The notes beneath the pieces are model-generated. The model was given only the letters and a program-made list of their open reading frames with translations. It did not search any database and was not told where the DNA came from. From positions 4,416,001-4,480,000 of the forward strand of contig CAVUSO010000001.1 in NCBI GenBank assembly GCA_963744145.1: a stretch of DNA of 64,000 nucleotides, given 5' to 3'. Below, piece by piece: positions 44,187-54,326 of the stretch; the first letter of the stretch is position 1; each line of letters opens with the position of its first letter. The stretch comes from an uncultured cyanobacterium (GTDB lineage: Bacteria > Cyanobacteriota > Cyanobacteriia > Cyanobacteriales > CAWUOF01). The translations under genes and the position numbers were made by a program.

Positions 44187-45530
44187 TTAATCAGGAGCAG
44201 AAAATGCGATCGCTCGATCATGATCAGTTATCCCACAAATCCCTGATAATAAAAACCAACCTAGGGTATTAACTCGAAAATCAAACAAGCTGACATCAAC
44301 CGTATTAAATAAAGTACAACCAGCAAAAGCTACCAAATAGCTAAATAAGATTAATTGATCTTGCTTCCGACCAGACCAATTTTGACATAACCAGACTCCC
44401 TGAGCAAAAACCCAACCAATTAAACCAAAAAATAGCATAGTTGCAGGAATACCGGTTTCCGAAGTTAACATGAGGAGCAAATTATGAGGATGACCTAACC
44501 AGAATTGCATTTTGGCTTGATAAAGAGGAGTAAAATTTCTTAATCCCCAACCTGTGAATGGACGTTGTTGAGTTAACTCCCAAGCAAATTTCCATTGAGT
44601 TGTGCGTAGATCTGCGATCGGTCGATTTGGATTCAATTGATCGGTAAGTCGAGCCCAGAAATAAGCAGGAACAATTTGTCTTAACCATTGTCTGATCGGA
44701 TCAGGACCAAATGCAGACCAAAGGATAACTGTTGCGATCGCAGTAATTCCTGTAATTAACCACCTCCAACCATAATAGATCGCAAAAGCTAAACTGCCTA
44801 AAAATGCGATCGCCCAAGCATTACGAGAATCAGTTAAAATTAGTGCGATCGCATTACCGACAACGACTAGACTGAGAATTAGCCAACACCACCAAATTTT
44901 ACTTTTAAATCTGGTTATTTTCTGAATCTGCTGAATCCGTTTTAACTTTTGAGCAGTTTCCACCCACAATCCTAAGCTTAAGATCAAAGTAATGATCAAA
45001 TAACTAGCTAAAGTATTAGCATACATAAACACTGAAGCTATTCTTCCCGGAGGATTTCCACCTGATTCCAACACCCAACCGACAATTCCCTGTAATAAAA
45101 GAGGACTAGACCAACTAAACCATAGCTGTCCTAATCCCAAAATTACGACTGGAATTGAGGTAATTACAATTATCCAGGATAATAACCGTAACTGACTAGG
45201 TATTTGAATCAAGGTACTCAGACCAGCAAATACAATAAAATAAGGTAAGAAATTAAATGTTCCTAATAAAGCATCTCCCGGGTAAGGAGCAAAAGCAGAG
45301 ATCAGGAGCAACCACAAACTAAAAATCCCTAATCCCCAGATCAGGGGACGACGAATAATTTGACGATGATATTCTTTCCAAGTACCTAAAACTCCTAAGA
45401 CAATCAGCATTCCTCCCGGTAAGGGAATTAAAACGAAGATTGATAGACCCACCAAAATTAAGAACCACCAAAGTTGTAACCGGGGGTCAGAATGTTGGAA
45501 AAAAGGTAACGGTAAACAGTTATAAAACAA
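44187..45530 (-). CDS. O-antigen ligase / IctB-like membrane protein
   Basis: Multiple TM segments; LTDSRNAW; GWG; HPHNL. Confidence 0.8.
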   Translation of the reverse strand: MFYNCLPLPFFQHSDPRLQLWWFLILVGLSIFVLIPLPGGMLIVLGVLGTWKEYHRQIIRRPLIWGLGIFSLWLLLISAFAPYPGDALLGTFNFLPYFIVFAGLSTLIQIPSQLRLLSWIIVITSIPVVILGLGQLWFSWSSPLLLQGIVGWVLESGGNPPGRIASVFMYANTLASYLIITLILSLGLWVETAQKLKRIQQIQKITRFKSKIWWCWLILSLVVVGNAIALILTDSRNAWAIAFLGSLAFAIYYGWRWLITGITAIATVILWSAFGPDPIRQWLRQIVPAYFWARLTDQLNPNRPIADLRTTQWKFAWELTQQRPFTGWGLRNFTPLYQAKMQFWLGHPHNLLLMLTSETGIPATMLFFGLIGWVFAQGVWLCQNWSGRKQDQLILFSYLVAFAGCTLFNTVDVSLFDFRVNTLGWFLLSGICGITDHDRAIAFSAPD

Positions 45531-45856
45531 AATAATTCAATCTCAATCGACTAAAGATTATCTTAATCGAAGAATAACCTAATCAAATAGTTTGCCATGA
45601 ATCAGCAGCAGGAACAAGTGGGTCAAGTTGGGGACGATCGGATTGGTTCCAGTTTTCCACACTCCGATATTAAAATTGTTTTTAGGAAATTAAAGAATCT
45701 AGCTAATCTGCTCTAGACATATTGCTGCATCTTCGGTTATCATCAGCTCGCTCTTTCAGAAAACCATCAAAAAAGAGTACAATCGGTTCAAATTACATCC
45801 ATTTTCAATCAAGGAACTTATATGATTGAGTTGATTAGGTCAAGCAGAGTTAAGAT

Positions 45857-46966
45857 ATGCGGTGGTTTGTCTTATCAACTTCCGATATGGCTTCTTGGTT
45901 GCGTTTCCTCAAGCGGATAAACTGGCAAGCTTTTCAACAGCGTCGAGTTGGCACAATCTTGATTTTAGGTATTTTCCTAAGTATTATTTCTCTGAGTTTA
46001 TTATTGTTTCAGGCATTGTTTCCATCTGCTTCCTCCCTTCCTCAACCGCTTCTTCCGGTTGTGCGAATCAGCTCTCAATCTCTAGAACCAATCACACCCA
46101 TATTTTCCTATCCTGGACTTGATTCTCGCAAAGTAGCTCTGGGAGAAAAACTATTTCACGAAACTCAACTGTCACACAACAACCAGATATCCTGTGCTAG
46201 TTGTCACAACTTACAGCAAGGTGGTACGGATCAACTACCCCATTCTGTAGGAATCAATGGACAGATATCCTTCATGAATTCTCCCACGGTATTTAATTCT
46301 GGATTGAATTTTAAACAATTTTGGGATGGAAGAGCAGCCACCCTAGAAAAACAGATTGACGGACCAGTGTTAAATCCCCAAGAAATGGGTTCAACCTGGA
46401 CTGAGGTGATCGCCAAATTACGAACAGATCAGCAATATAATCAGTCTTTTCGACAAATATATAACAGTGATATTCAGCCCGAAATGATCAAAGATGCGAT
46501 CGCAACTTTTGAACGATCTTTGAATACTCCTAACTCGAGGTTTGATCGTTTGCTGAAAGGTGAAAAGCTGGCAATTACAGCAGCAGAAAAAGCCGGTTAT
46601 GCGCTGTTTAAATCCTATGGTTGTGTTGCTTGTCACCAAGGTGTGAATATGGGTGGCAATATGTTTCAAAGTATGGGAGTAATGGCTGACTACTTTGCCA
46701 ATCGAGGACATATTAATCAAGCTGATTATGGTCGGTTTAACTTAACTAAAGACCCTCGCGATCGCTATGTTTTCAAAGTACCCAGTCTGCGTAATATTGC
46801 GCTTACTGCTCCCTATTTCCATGATGGTCAAATCCAGACTTTACCAGAAGCAGTGAAGCTGATGGGGAAATATCAACTCGGAATTGATATTCCATCCCAA
46901 GATGTAGTTTTGATCTGGCAATTTCTTCAAACCCTGACTGGAGAGTATCGAGGAGAAAGCTTATGA
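45857..46966 (+). CDS. Di-heme cytochrome c peroxidase (CcpA/MauG family)
   Basis: Two CXXCH motifs (CASCH, CVACH), QFWDGRA, FKVPSLRN, PYFHDG; N-terminal TM segment. Confidence 0.9.
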   Translation: MRWFVLSTSDMASWLRFLKRINWQAFQQRRVGTILILGIFLSIISLSLLLFQALFPSASSLPQPLLPVVRISSQSLEPITPIFSYPGLDSRKVALGEKLFHETQLSHNNQISCASCHNLQQGGTDQLPHSVGINGQISFMNSPTVFNSGLNFKQFWDGRAATLEKQIDGPVLNPQEMGSTWTEVIAKLRTDQQYNQSFRQIYNSDIQPEMIKDAIATFERSLNTPNSRFDRLLKGEKLAITAAEKAGYALFKSYGCVACHQGVNMGGNMFQSMGVMADYFANRGHINQADYGRFNLTKDPRDRYVFKVPSLRNIALTAPYFHDGQIQTLPEAVKLMGKYQLGIDIPSQDVVLIWQFLQTLTGEYRGESL

Positions 46967-48750
46967 CCCCAAATCGAGTCCGCACTATTTTAATCAGCAT
47001 CATCATCTCGTTGCTATTGACTGGATTATTTATTAAAACTCAGGCGCTAAATCTTGATCATCATTATCAACTACTGGTACAAATTCGTCAGATCAAACAA
47101 GCAGACGCGATCGTGAATTCGGATCTACTGAAAAGTCGGTTTATGTTAGACTCTAACTATGATAATTTGGTAGCAGACTGGCAAATATTCCAGCAAAATT
47201 TGCAGATTCTCTCGATATTTTTGCAGACTTCTAGCGTGGGAAAATTGCCGACTGTGCAACAATATTGGCAAGCAATTGTGAAAGTGAGCGAGGAAAAAGA
47301 AACTGCCATTGAACGATTTAAATCTCAAAATGCGGTATTACAAAACTCTGAATACTACTTTCCCACCATCAGCTATAAACTACTAAATAAATGGTCAGAT
47401 TATTCCCAGGATGTTCCAGTTAAAGCGACATTAGAACAACTTATCCATGATTTTTTGATCTATCAAATGAATGCAAGACAAGATTTACAATCTTCTGTTG
47501 TAGCTGATTTAGATAGATTGCAATTATTGGCACCACAGTTACCATTAGAATCACGTCTAGAGCTAAATAATCTGATCGCTCATGGTAGAAAAATGCTGAG
47601 TCTGAAATCAGAAATGACTGAACACTTATCCTACCTATTAGCGATACCTACACCCCAAACTATAGATGCTCTAGCTTTGGATTACGAAACACATCATAAA
47701 CAGCAATTGCAGGAATCAAATGTCTATCGACTAATTCTGTATTTAGCGTTGATCGGTTTATTGTTAATTACTGTTCGCTCGCGAATTTATTGGCAAACCC
47801 AAATTCTCAAAACAACTAATATTCAGTTAGAACAACAGGTAAATGAGCGGACTCGGATATTACAAAAAACCCTCTATGATTTACAGCGATCGCAAGCACA
47901 ATTGATTCAAGCTGAGAAAATGTCTAGTCTAGGACAACTGGTAGCAGGGATTGCCCATGAAGTTAATAATCCAATTAATTTTATCCATGCTAATATTCTA
48001 CCAGCCGAAACCTATATCCATGAATTAATTCAAATTATCAATCTATATCAACAACACTATCCCACTCTACATCCAGAGATTCAAACCTATACGGAAAGTA
48101 TCGATCTAGAATTTGTCAAAAAAGATTTTTTACATTTGATTACCTCAATGAAAATTGGTTCTGAACGGATTCGTGATTTGGTCATCTCCCTGCGAAATTT
48201 TTCGCGTTTAGATGAATCAGACAAGAAACAGGTGAACATCCATGATGGATTAAATAGCACATTATTAATATTACAGCATCGGCTTCAAAATCTTTCTAGT
48301 CATGGTGAAATTAAAATAATTAAACAATATGGTGATCTGCCATTAATTACTTGTTATGCTGGTTTACTCAATCAAGTTTTTATGAATCTCTTAGCCAATG
48401 CGATCGATGCTCTAGAGCAAAAAATGAGTACAGACATCTCCCCGAGTATTACCCCAACAATTTGGATTCAAACTAAAGCTTCTGATCAGGGGGTTACGAT
48501 CACGATCGCTGATAATGGTTCAGGAATTCCCGAATCAGTCAAAGCCGAAATTTTTAATCCATTTTTCACTACTAAATCCGTTGGTAAGGGTACAGGTCTG
48601 GGGTTAGCATTATCTTACCAGATTATTGTTGAAAAACATGGGGGGAAAATAGAATGTTTGAGTTCTGCTTTTCAACGAACTGAATTTCATATCTATCTTC
48701 CTTTCCCAGTTCTACATAATTTAGAAGTTACTACAAACCTTTCTCTTTGA
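46963..48750 (+). CDS. Membrane histidine kinase with all-helical (DAHL-like) extracytoplasmic domain
   Basis: TM-sensor-TM; NYDNLV and [18 protein letters not shown]; HATPase. ATGA overlap with the peroxidase gene. Confidence 0.85.
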   Translation: MTPNRVRTILISIIISLLLTGLFIKTQALNLDHHYQLLVQIRQIKQADAIVNSDLLKSRFMLDSNYDNLVADWQIFQQNLQILSIFLQTSSVGKLPTVQQYWQAIVKVSEEKETAIERFKSQNAVLQNSEYYFPTISYKLLNKWSDYSQDVPVKATLEQLIHDFLIYQMNARQDLQSSVVADLDRLQLLAPQLPLESRLELNNLIAHGRKMLSLKSEMTEHLSYLLAIPTPQTIDALALDYETHHKQQLQESNVYRLILYLALIGLLLITVRSRIYWQTQILKTTNIQLEQQVNERTRILQKTLYDLQRSQAQLIQAEKMSSLGQLVAGIAHEVNNPINFIHANILPAETYIHELIQIINLYQQHYPTLHPEIQTYTESIDLEFVKKDFLHLITSMKIGSERIRDLVISLRNFSRLDESDKKQVNIHDGLNSTLLILQHRLQNLSSHGEIKIIKQYGDLPLITCYAGLLNQVFMNLLANAIDALEQKMSTDISPSITPTIWIQTKASDQGVTITIADNGSGIPESVKAEIFNPFFTTKSVGKGTGLGLALSYQIIVEKHGGKIECLSSAFQRTEFHIYLPFPVLHNLEVTTNLSL

Positions 48751-50530
48751 TCATCCCCATTAACTTGTGTTTACGAGCATGAGTTTGCATCATTTTTGTC
48801 CGGTAAGCTGACCACTCCGATGTGCGTTCCGCTCGTTTATAAGCATCTCTTGCTAGGGTGAGGTACTCTACCGCTAAACCATATACTTCTGATTTACCTT
48901 GATCCATAATTGCACCAGCTTGACGGATCGCATGAGTAATCACCCAATCCGGACGCACACCCACAGCTTTTTTCATTACCCGTCGCAGTAGAGCTTCGTG
49001 ATAAGAACCAATATTAGTAACAGCAGCGATCGCGTCATCAATTAAATCCTCATGGAGAAAAATCTCTACCTTTACCTCATGAGTTCCCCAACCAGAATGA
49101 GTCCGAAGATTAGCTAATAGTTCTGCTTTTACCTCCTCCCAATTTTCTCCTGCTAGATGTTCAGCTAAACGATAGTCTCCAAATTCAGGGTGAGCTTTAA
49201 ATGCTTGAATGCGAGCTTTTAGTGCTACGGGGAGATTGTCTAACCCTTCTGCGAGATTGCTGGTCCAAATTGCTAACTCGTACTCACAATGACCCTTTAA
49301 AGTCAGTCCCATTTGGGCAATCTCTAGTGCTTGACTCAATGCGTTCTGTTCTTGTAAAGTTTTAGCTAGAGCCAACGCTTCTTCCCTTAACTGCATTTGG
49401 GTTTTAGCCGCAGCGATCGCTTCTTCGATTCGACCTAAACCAGCTAACATTGTCAGGTAATGTTCAGTTTGCCCTTCTGCTTGTGCTAAATAGAGGTATT
49501 CCTCATTGCGTTCTTGACGCTCTAGGATTTGTAATCTGATTAAGGCTAAATCATCAGCATAGTCTGGTGGTTCCCCAGTCCATGCTCCCTGTGAGGTAAT
49601 TTCTCCCTGTAAAACGCGCTGGAGCTGTGGATCATCCCAACCTTGTCGCAATGCTCCTAAACTCATCTCAAAATTAGCATCCCATTCATCTTGCCATTGC
49701 TCTAAGTTTTCCTGGAGCTGGGTTTTTTCTTGGGGAGTAAGTTCAGCACTCAAAATCGCTGCTGTCCAAGCATCATTTAGAAGTCCGACTACTTGGTCAT
49801 TATCTAAACCATAGTCATCAACATCATCCCACTCTTGCACACAGGTAGCAGTAATAGCTGTGAGAATCGCGATCGCACTATTACCATCTCCCTGTTCAGT
49901 AAAATCTTCTGCTTGCTGAATCACATCAATGAGATACTCAACCACAGGATCATCTTCAGACCCATCTTCAAGCTCACGCACAGCATCTCGTAAAATCTGT
50001 TTTACCTGTCGCTTAATCGGAGTTGGATCTATATTAGTACGGCGTTGAGATTTAGCAGATTGCCGTTCTGGGGATTTAGGGGGGTTAGTAATTAGAATAA
50101 TGTGACGCTCAATCAGATCAATTAGTTCGGGTTGGTCTGATACCAATTCTTGTACTAATCTTTGAGTTTGAAGGAAATCGAGCCGATCTAAAAGATTTTC
50201 TAGGGTGGGACGTTGTTCAATTTTTTCTGGCTCATGCAAACAAACTAGCAGCGTAGCGATCGCGTGTTTGCACCATCCCTCATAGCTATATTCACAGGTA
50301 CAAGTAGCGTTTGTGATCCCCTTCCCATCAAAACTAAGACTCACCCAATAGGGAAGAGGTTCACTACCTTCTACTTCTGCGAACAGGGTATTGCTCCGCT
50401 GGGTCAGACTAAGTACAGCACCCTGACGATAGTAGGTTTCGCCCCGCTCGAAAGATTTAGTGGTAGCATAGCTGCGGATGATTGCTTCGCTTAGATGGGG
50501 TATAGGCATATTACGATCAGAAGTTGTCAA
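48731..50530 (-). CDS. SWIM zinc-finger protein
   Basis: RGETYY, CTC-x7-CKH. Confidence 0.8.
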   Translation of the reverse strand: MTTSDRNMPIPHLSEAIIRSYATTKSFERGETYYRQGAVLSLTQRSNTLFAEVEGSEPLPYWVSLSFDGKGITNATCTCEYSYEGWCKHAIATLLVCLHEPEKIEQRPTLENLLDRLDFLQTQRLVQELVSDQPELIDLIERHIILITNPPKSPERQSAKSQRRTNIDPTPIKRQVKQILRDAVRELEDGSEDDPVVEYLIDVIQQAEDFTEQGDGNSAIAILTAITATCVQEWDDVDDYGLDNDQVVGLLNDAWTAAILSAELTPQEKTQLQENLEQWQDEWDANFEMSLGALRQGWDDPQLQRVLQGEITSQGAWTGEPPDYADDLALIRLQILERQERNEEYLYLAQAEGQTEHYLTMLAGLGRIEEAIAAAKTQMQLREEALALAKTLQEQNALSQALEIAQMGLTLKGHCEYELAIWTSNLAEGLDNLPVALKARIQAFKAHPEFGDYRLAEHLAGENWEEVKAELLANLRTHSGWGTHEVKVEIFLHEDLIDDAIAAVTNIGSYHEALLRRVMKKAVGVRPDWVITHAIRQAGAIMDQGKSEVYGLAVEYLTLARDAYKRAERTSEWSAYRTKMMQTHARKHKLMGMIKEKGL

Positions 50531-50617
50531 AATTTAATCTTGCTAAAAATAGTACCATTTAGAACCCGGAACTACGATGAGAAAATCTGGACTGCTTTTG
50601 GCGATCAGTTTTTATAC

Positions 50618-50740
50618 TAGACCTCTTGCAAAAGTCATGTTGATCAATTTACTGGACAGGCAAGATGCCTGTCCCACAACCAAAAAAACTCTTGTGGGAC
50701 AGGCATCTTGCCTGTCCTAGTTATTTTTGCAAGAAATCTA
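50618..50740. mobile_element. MITE-like element (123 bp)
   Basis: TIR TAGACCTCTTGCAAAA / TTTTGCAAGAAATCTA with internal REP palindromes; a 33/34 copy of the left end lies at 31851-31884. Confidence 0.7.
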
Positions 50741-50848
50741 CTATAGAAGAAGAATTGGATAAAATATCCTCTATTCAAAAGTAGCTGCGTAAGCCAGAGC
50801 CAAGTGGCGAAAAAATCAGAACAGTAACCAATTTCCGGGAGCAAAGCC

Positions 50849-51556
50849 ATGACATTTGACATTAATCAACTCAATAATTTGGAATATGATGATGCTGAAC
50901 CTTTACTAGAAGATTATATAAATGATGTAATTGAGGAATTTGCCCAATCACCAGAAGGAAAGGCATATGCTCAAGAATATCCAGAATTTGGTGGATGGAT
51001 CAACTCTTTCATAGAAATGTCATACAACTATGAGGGATTCACATTACCAAAGATGACTAAGGCTGATGCACAAGTGGTCATGGAATATCTTTTGCCTCGC
51101 AAATTGACATTGCTTGATCGATCGGAAGCGGAAGATGCTATTCCCGAACTGGTTGCTTTTTGGAATTTTTTAAAGCGGGAGTACAAATTTCGTAGTGCCG
51201 GCGCGATCGCCAAGTATCTGTCTAGTATCAAAGACAAGTTCACCGACTGGATGTTCGATCCGGCCAGAGGTGGTATAGCCAAAAACTTTTTTATGATTGG
51301 GATACAAGCTGGATTTGACATGACAACTCGGGAAGGGCTAAATGCTTTTCAAAAAGAGTATAATCAAAAACTCATTTCACCAAATTTCAATAGTTCTTTG
51401 TTTCAGCAGATAGAAATTATTCCAGACAATTCCCCAGCAGTACAACCTCCTTCGTCAAGTCGTAAATCGTCTCAGAAAAAGTTGCAGACTAAACCCAAAA
51501 CCAAAGGATTTGATTCACCAAAAAAAGGTAAGAAATCTCAAGACAAAAAAAGATAA
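50849..51556 (+). CDS. Hypothetical protein
   Basis: 235-aa ORF with GGAG RBS and a basic low-complexity tail. Confidence 0.75.
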   Translation: MTFDINQLNNLEYDDAEPLLEDYINDVIEEFAQSPEGKAYAQEYPEFGGWINSFIEMSYNYEGFTLPKMTKADAQVVMEYLLPRKLTLLDRSEAEDAIPELVAFWNFLKREYKFRSAGAIAKYLSSIKDKFTDWMFDPARGGIAKNFFMIGIQAGFDMTTREGLNAFQKEYNQKLISPNFNSSLFQQIEIIPDNSPAVQPPSSSRKSSQKKLQTKPKTKGFDSPKKGKKSQDKKR

Positions 51557-51559
51557 TCC

Positions 51560-52395
51560 TTGATCGCGAACAGAAAGGAAACATCAACAGAACCCTTCGA
51601 CAGGCTCAGAGCAAGTTTTGTCCAGATTTGTAGGGGCAAAGCATTTCGGCAGATCAATAATTGCTGAGAGCGAGAGAACTATAACCGAAATGCTTTGCCC
51701 AGCCATTGATGAATCAAATCGATCGCGGTTGAGAACGAACCGCAGAGAGGGTCCAAGAATCTGAAAGAGTGGTTAAGTGTAGGGGCGAAGCATTCGGGCG
51801 ATAATTGAACGCTTAAACGAGTAATATTAGACCCGAATGCTTCGCCCTTCTTCGCCGATATCCCCCAAAATATTCTTAACTGAACTGTATTGGATCTGTT
51901 GGTTGCATAAAGTGAGGGCAAAGCATTTCGGTCCTATTCTTCTGAGTTTAACCTATCATTTGTTCGCCGAAATGCTTTGCCCCTACAGAAATTGGCATAT
52001 ATATAGTTGATCTGTTGGCAATACGGTTCGGTTAAGTGTAGGGGCGTTCGCGCAAGCGTGCCGGAGGCATAGCATTCGGGCGATAATTGAACGCTTAAAC
52101 TTTACCCTGAGCGTAGTCGAAGGGGAGTAATATTAGACCCGAATGCTTCGCCCTTCTTCGCCGATATCCCCCAAAATATTCTTAACTGAACTGTATTGGG
52201 GGTGAAGCATTCGGGCGACAGTTGAACAATCAAACTTTACCCTGAGCCTTGCCCTGAGCCTTGCCCTGAGTGTAGTCGAAGGGGTAGTCGAAGGGGTAGT
52301 CGAAGGGGTAGTCGAAGGGCAGTAATATTAGATCCGAATGCTTCACCCTCTTCTGCGCCGAGATTCTCAAAAATATCCTTAACTGAACCATATTG
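51560..52395. repeat. Dense cluster of REP/MITE-like repeats with nested mini-insertions
   Basis: Several GGGCGAAGCATTCGGG...CCCGAATGCTTCGCCC units ending CTTAACTGAACTGTATTG; a complete unit with both ends at about 52019-52198. Confidence 0.85.
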
Positions 52396-52517
52396 AATTA
52401 TAGCAGGTTTTTAACCTTTCTGCTCTGGGAAGTATATCACTGTGCGATCGCTTTTTGGTTAGATGAGTTGGAGGTGCGATCGCACAATTTTTTCCATCAA
52501 TGCGGCCAGATTTCCTC

Positions 52518-54182
52518 TTACTTTAGATAGGATTTTGCCCAACTATATTGATTTGGATCTTTATTGAGAAGATACTCGACCACTTCTCTACGTTTATCTT
52601 TATCTTTGGTCATTCTCACAATTCTTTCAATTTCATCATCAGTATCATCAGCTCCACGTTCGATCGCCAATTTAAACCAATAATCACCATCCTCATATTT
52701 ACTGCGATCGTAACAAATTGCTCCCCTTAGAGTATAGGGTTGATGATTATCAGGTTGACATTCCATTGCTGATGCTGCACATTTCTCGGCTTGATCTAGG
52801 TGATTAAGATCCCGAAATGCTGCACCTCTAGTTACCCAAAGAGCTGATTTGAGATCAGGTTCTTGTAATTTGTTCCAATTCAAATTTTCGGTAACTTTTA
52901 GAGCTTGTTCAGGATGATCCGCCTTACGCCAGTTACTACTTGCACTGGGTAAATTCCATCTGTTTCCAGTTCGTTGATATTCTTTTTCGTAAAATATTGC
53001 TTCTAATCTGTAGTAAGCGATCGCGATCTTTCCATGTCGAGAAAGACGACCTTCTTCCATTAATTGAATAACTTGTTTTGGGTCGAGTCGTTCTTCTCGC
53101 TCAAGTTTGAGCATAATTTCATAAAATGGGTCGATCGCTAATTGACCGAGAATCTGATATTTAGTTTTTAATGCTCGGAAGTGGATTTGTTTGGCTAGCT
53201 CTACTGTTTCCATCAGTCCCTCTTCTGACAACCACTGCATATCGTTCTCCGATATTTCAAAAATTGTAAGCCTCAGCAGAATTAGGTATAGAGGACTGGC
53301 AGGATCTGAGCTTTGATATTGAGTAGCTTTATATTTATCTTTAAGTTTCGCAAAGAATTTTCTGTCCTGATGTTCTTGATTAATTTCAATTAAATTGCTA
53401 AAATTTTGCTGTTCCAACCATTCACATTCCCTCCGATCTAGTTCTTCTTCTAAGTTGAGTTTCTTCAAAATAGGATATAGGGGACTAGAAATCGATGTAG
53501 CGGAGGTAGAATCAACCTGATATTTCGACTTTAGGTCTGAGAATTCAAGTTCTTTTTTCCTTTCATCCTCTTGTTGCCAATGAATTTTCAGCGTTTCTTC
53601 AAAATTGAATTCTAAAAGCCATTTAGTTTCTGAGTCCGATAATTCTGTTCTTGTATCAAGCTTTTTCAGAATTGAATAAAGAGGCTCTTCAGGAAACTGG
53701 TTTAAATGTTTGGTGGCTTTATATTTAACTTTTAATTTTGAGAAATTTAAGATATTTTGAATTAAAGTAATTGTGTCAATCAGCTCATAATTATTTAGCA
53801 GTTCAAGTTCTGAATCTTTAAGAGTACATCCAATATCTAGCTTCCCAAGTATTGAATAGACTGGGCTGGAGATGGGCAGCTCTAATTTTGGTGGAATGTG
53901 GTATTTAGTTCGTAGTTGCAGCAATTCAGTTTCTAGCCTTTGTTTGTCTTCTGCTTGGTATTGCTGTAAAAAAATAATCTCAACTGTTCGAGAAAGACGA
54001 TTCTCTGTTAACCATTCAAATTCTGGAGTTGTGACTTGAATACCCAGGTCTGCTTTTCTCAGGATCAGATATAGGAAACTATCAGAGCCATGACTATGCT
54101 GATCTACTTGATATTTCTTTTTAAGAGCAGCAAAGTGCCTTTTCTGTAGTTCTTTATTATCCATTCCTGATGTCATATTCAT
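52518..54182 (-). CDS. Hypothetical protein with six repeats of about 55-65 aa and C-terminal TPRs
   Basis: Recurrent F..LK.KY...LY.IL.KL...WL motif; TRGAAFRDL and TLRGAICYD TPR-like helices. Start uncertain (54188, 54182 or 54176). Confidence 0.75.
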   Translation of the reverse strand: MNMTSGMDNKELQKRHFAALKKKYQVDQHSHGSDSFLYLILRKADLGIQVTTPEFEWLTENRLSRTVEIIFLQQYQAEDKQRLETELLQLRTKYHIPPKLELPISSPVYSILGKLDIGCTLKDSELELLNNYELIDTITLIQNILNFSKLKVKYKATKHLNQFPEEPLYSILKKLDTRTELSDSETKWLLEFNFEETLKIHWQQEDERKKELEFSDLKSKYQVDSTSATSISSPLYPILKKLNLEEELDRRECEWLEQQNFSNLIEINQEHQDRKFFAKLKDKYKATQYQSSDPASPLYLILLRLTIFEISENDMQWLSEEGLMETVELAKQIHFRALKTKYQILGQLAIDPFYEIMLKLEREERLDPKQVIQLMEEGRLSRHGKIAIAYYRLEAIFYEKEYQRTGNRWNLPSASSNWRKADHPEQALKVTENLNWNKLQEPDLKSALWVTRGAAFRDLNHLDQAEKCAASAMECQPDNHQPYTLRGAICYDRSKYEDGDYWFKLAIERGADDTDDEIERIVRMTKDKDKRREVVEYLLNKDPNQYSWAKSYLK

Positions 54183-54192
54183 TGTCAAAATT

Positions 54193-54228
54193 GGTTCTAT
54201 TCAACTAATTTCCCTAGCGAGTAGGGAG
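54193..54228 (-). CRISPR. Degenerate terminal CRISPR repeat
   Basis: 34/36 match to the array repeat; 506 bp from the main array. Confidence 0.9.
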
Positions 54229-54302
54229 CGGCAATTTGAAATAGTAAAGGCGGAACTCAAATTAATAACTGCATCATAAGTTCTGGAAAAATTGTGCTAT
54301 TT

Positions 54303-54326
54303 AGCCCCTACTACTGGGCTTTTTTT
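54303..54326 (+). terminator. Rho-independent terminator inside the 506-bp insert
   Basis: AGCCC-loop-GGGCT followed by a T-run. Confidence 0.6.

Noticed and set aside
879..50494. Numerous 60-120 aa ORFs overlapping longer genes
   Set aside because: Shadow frames of well-supported genes, with no motifs of their own.
50644..51921. ORFs 50644-50862 and 51679-51921
   Set aside because: They are made mostly of MITE/REP sequence.
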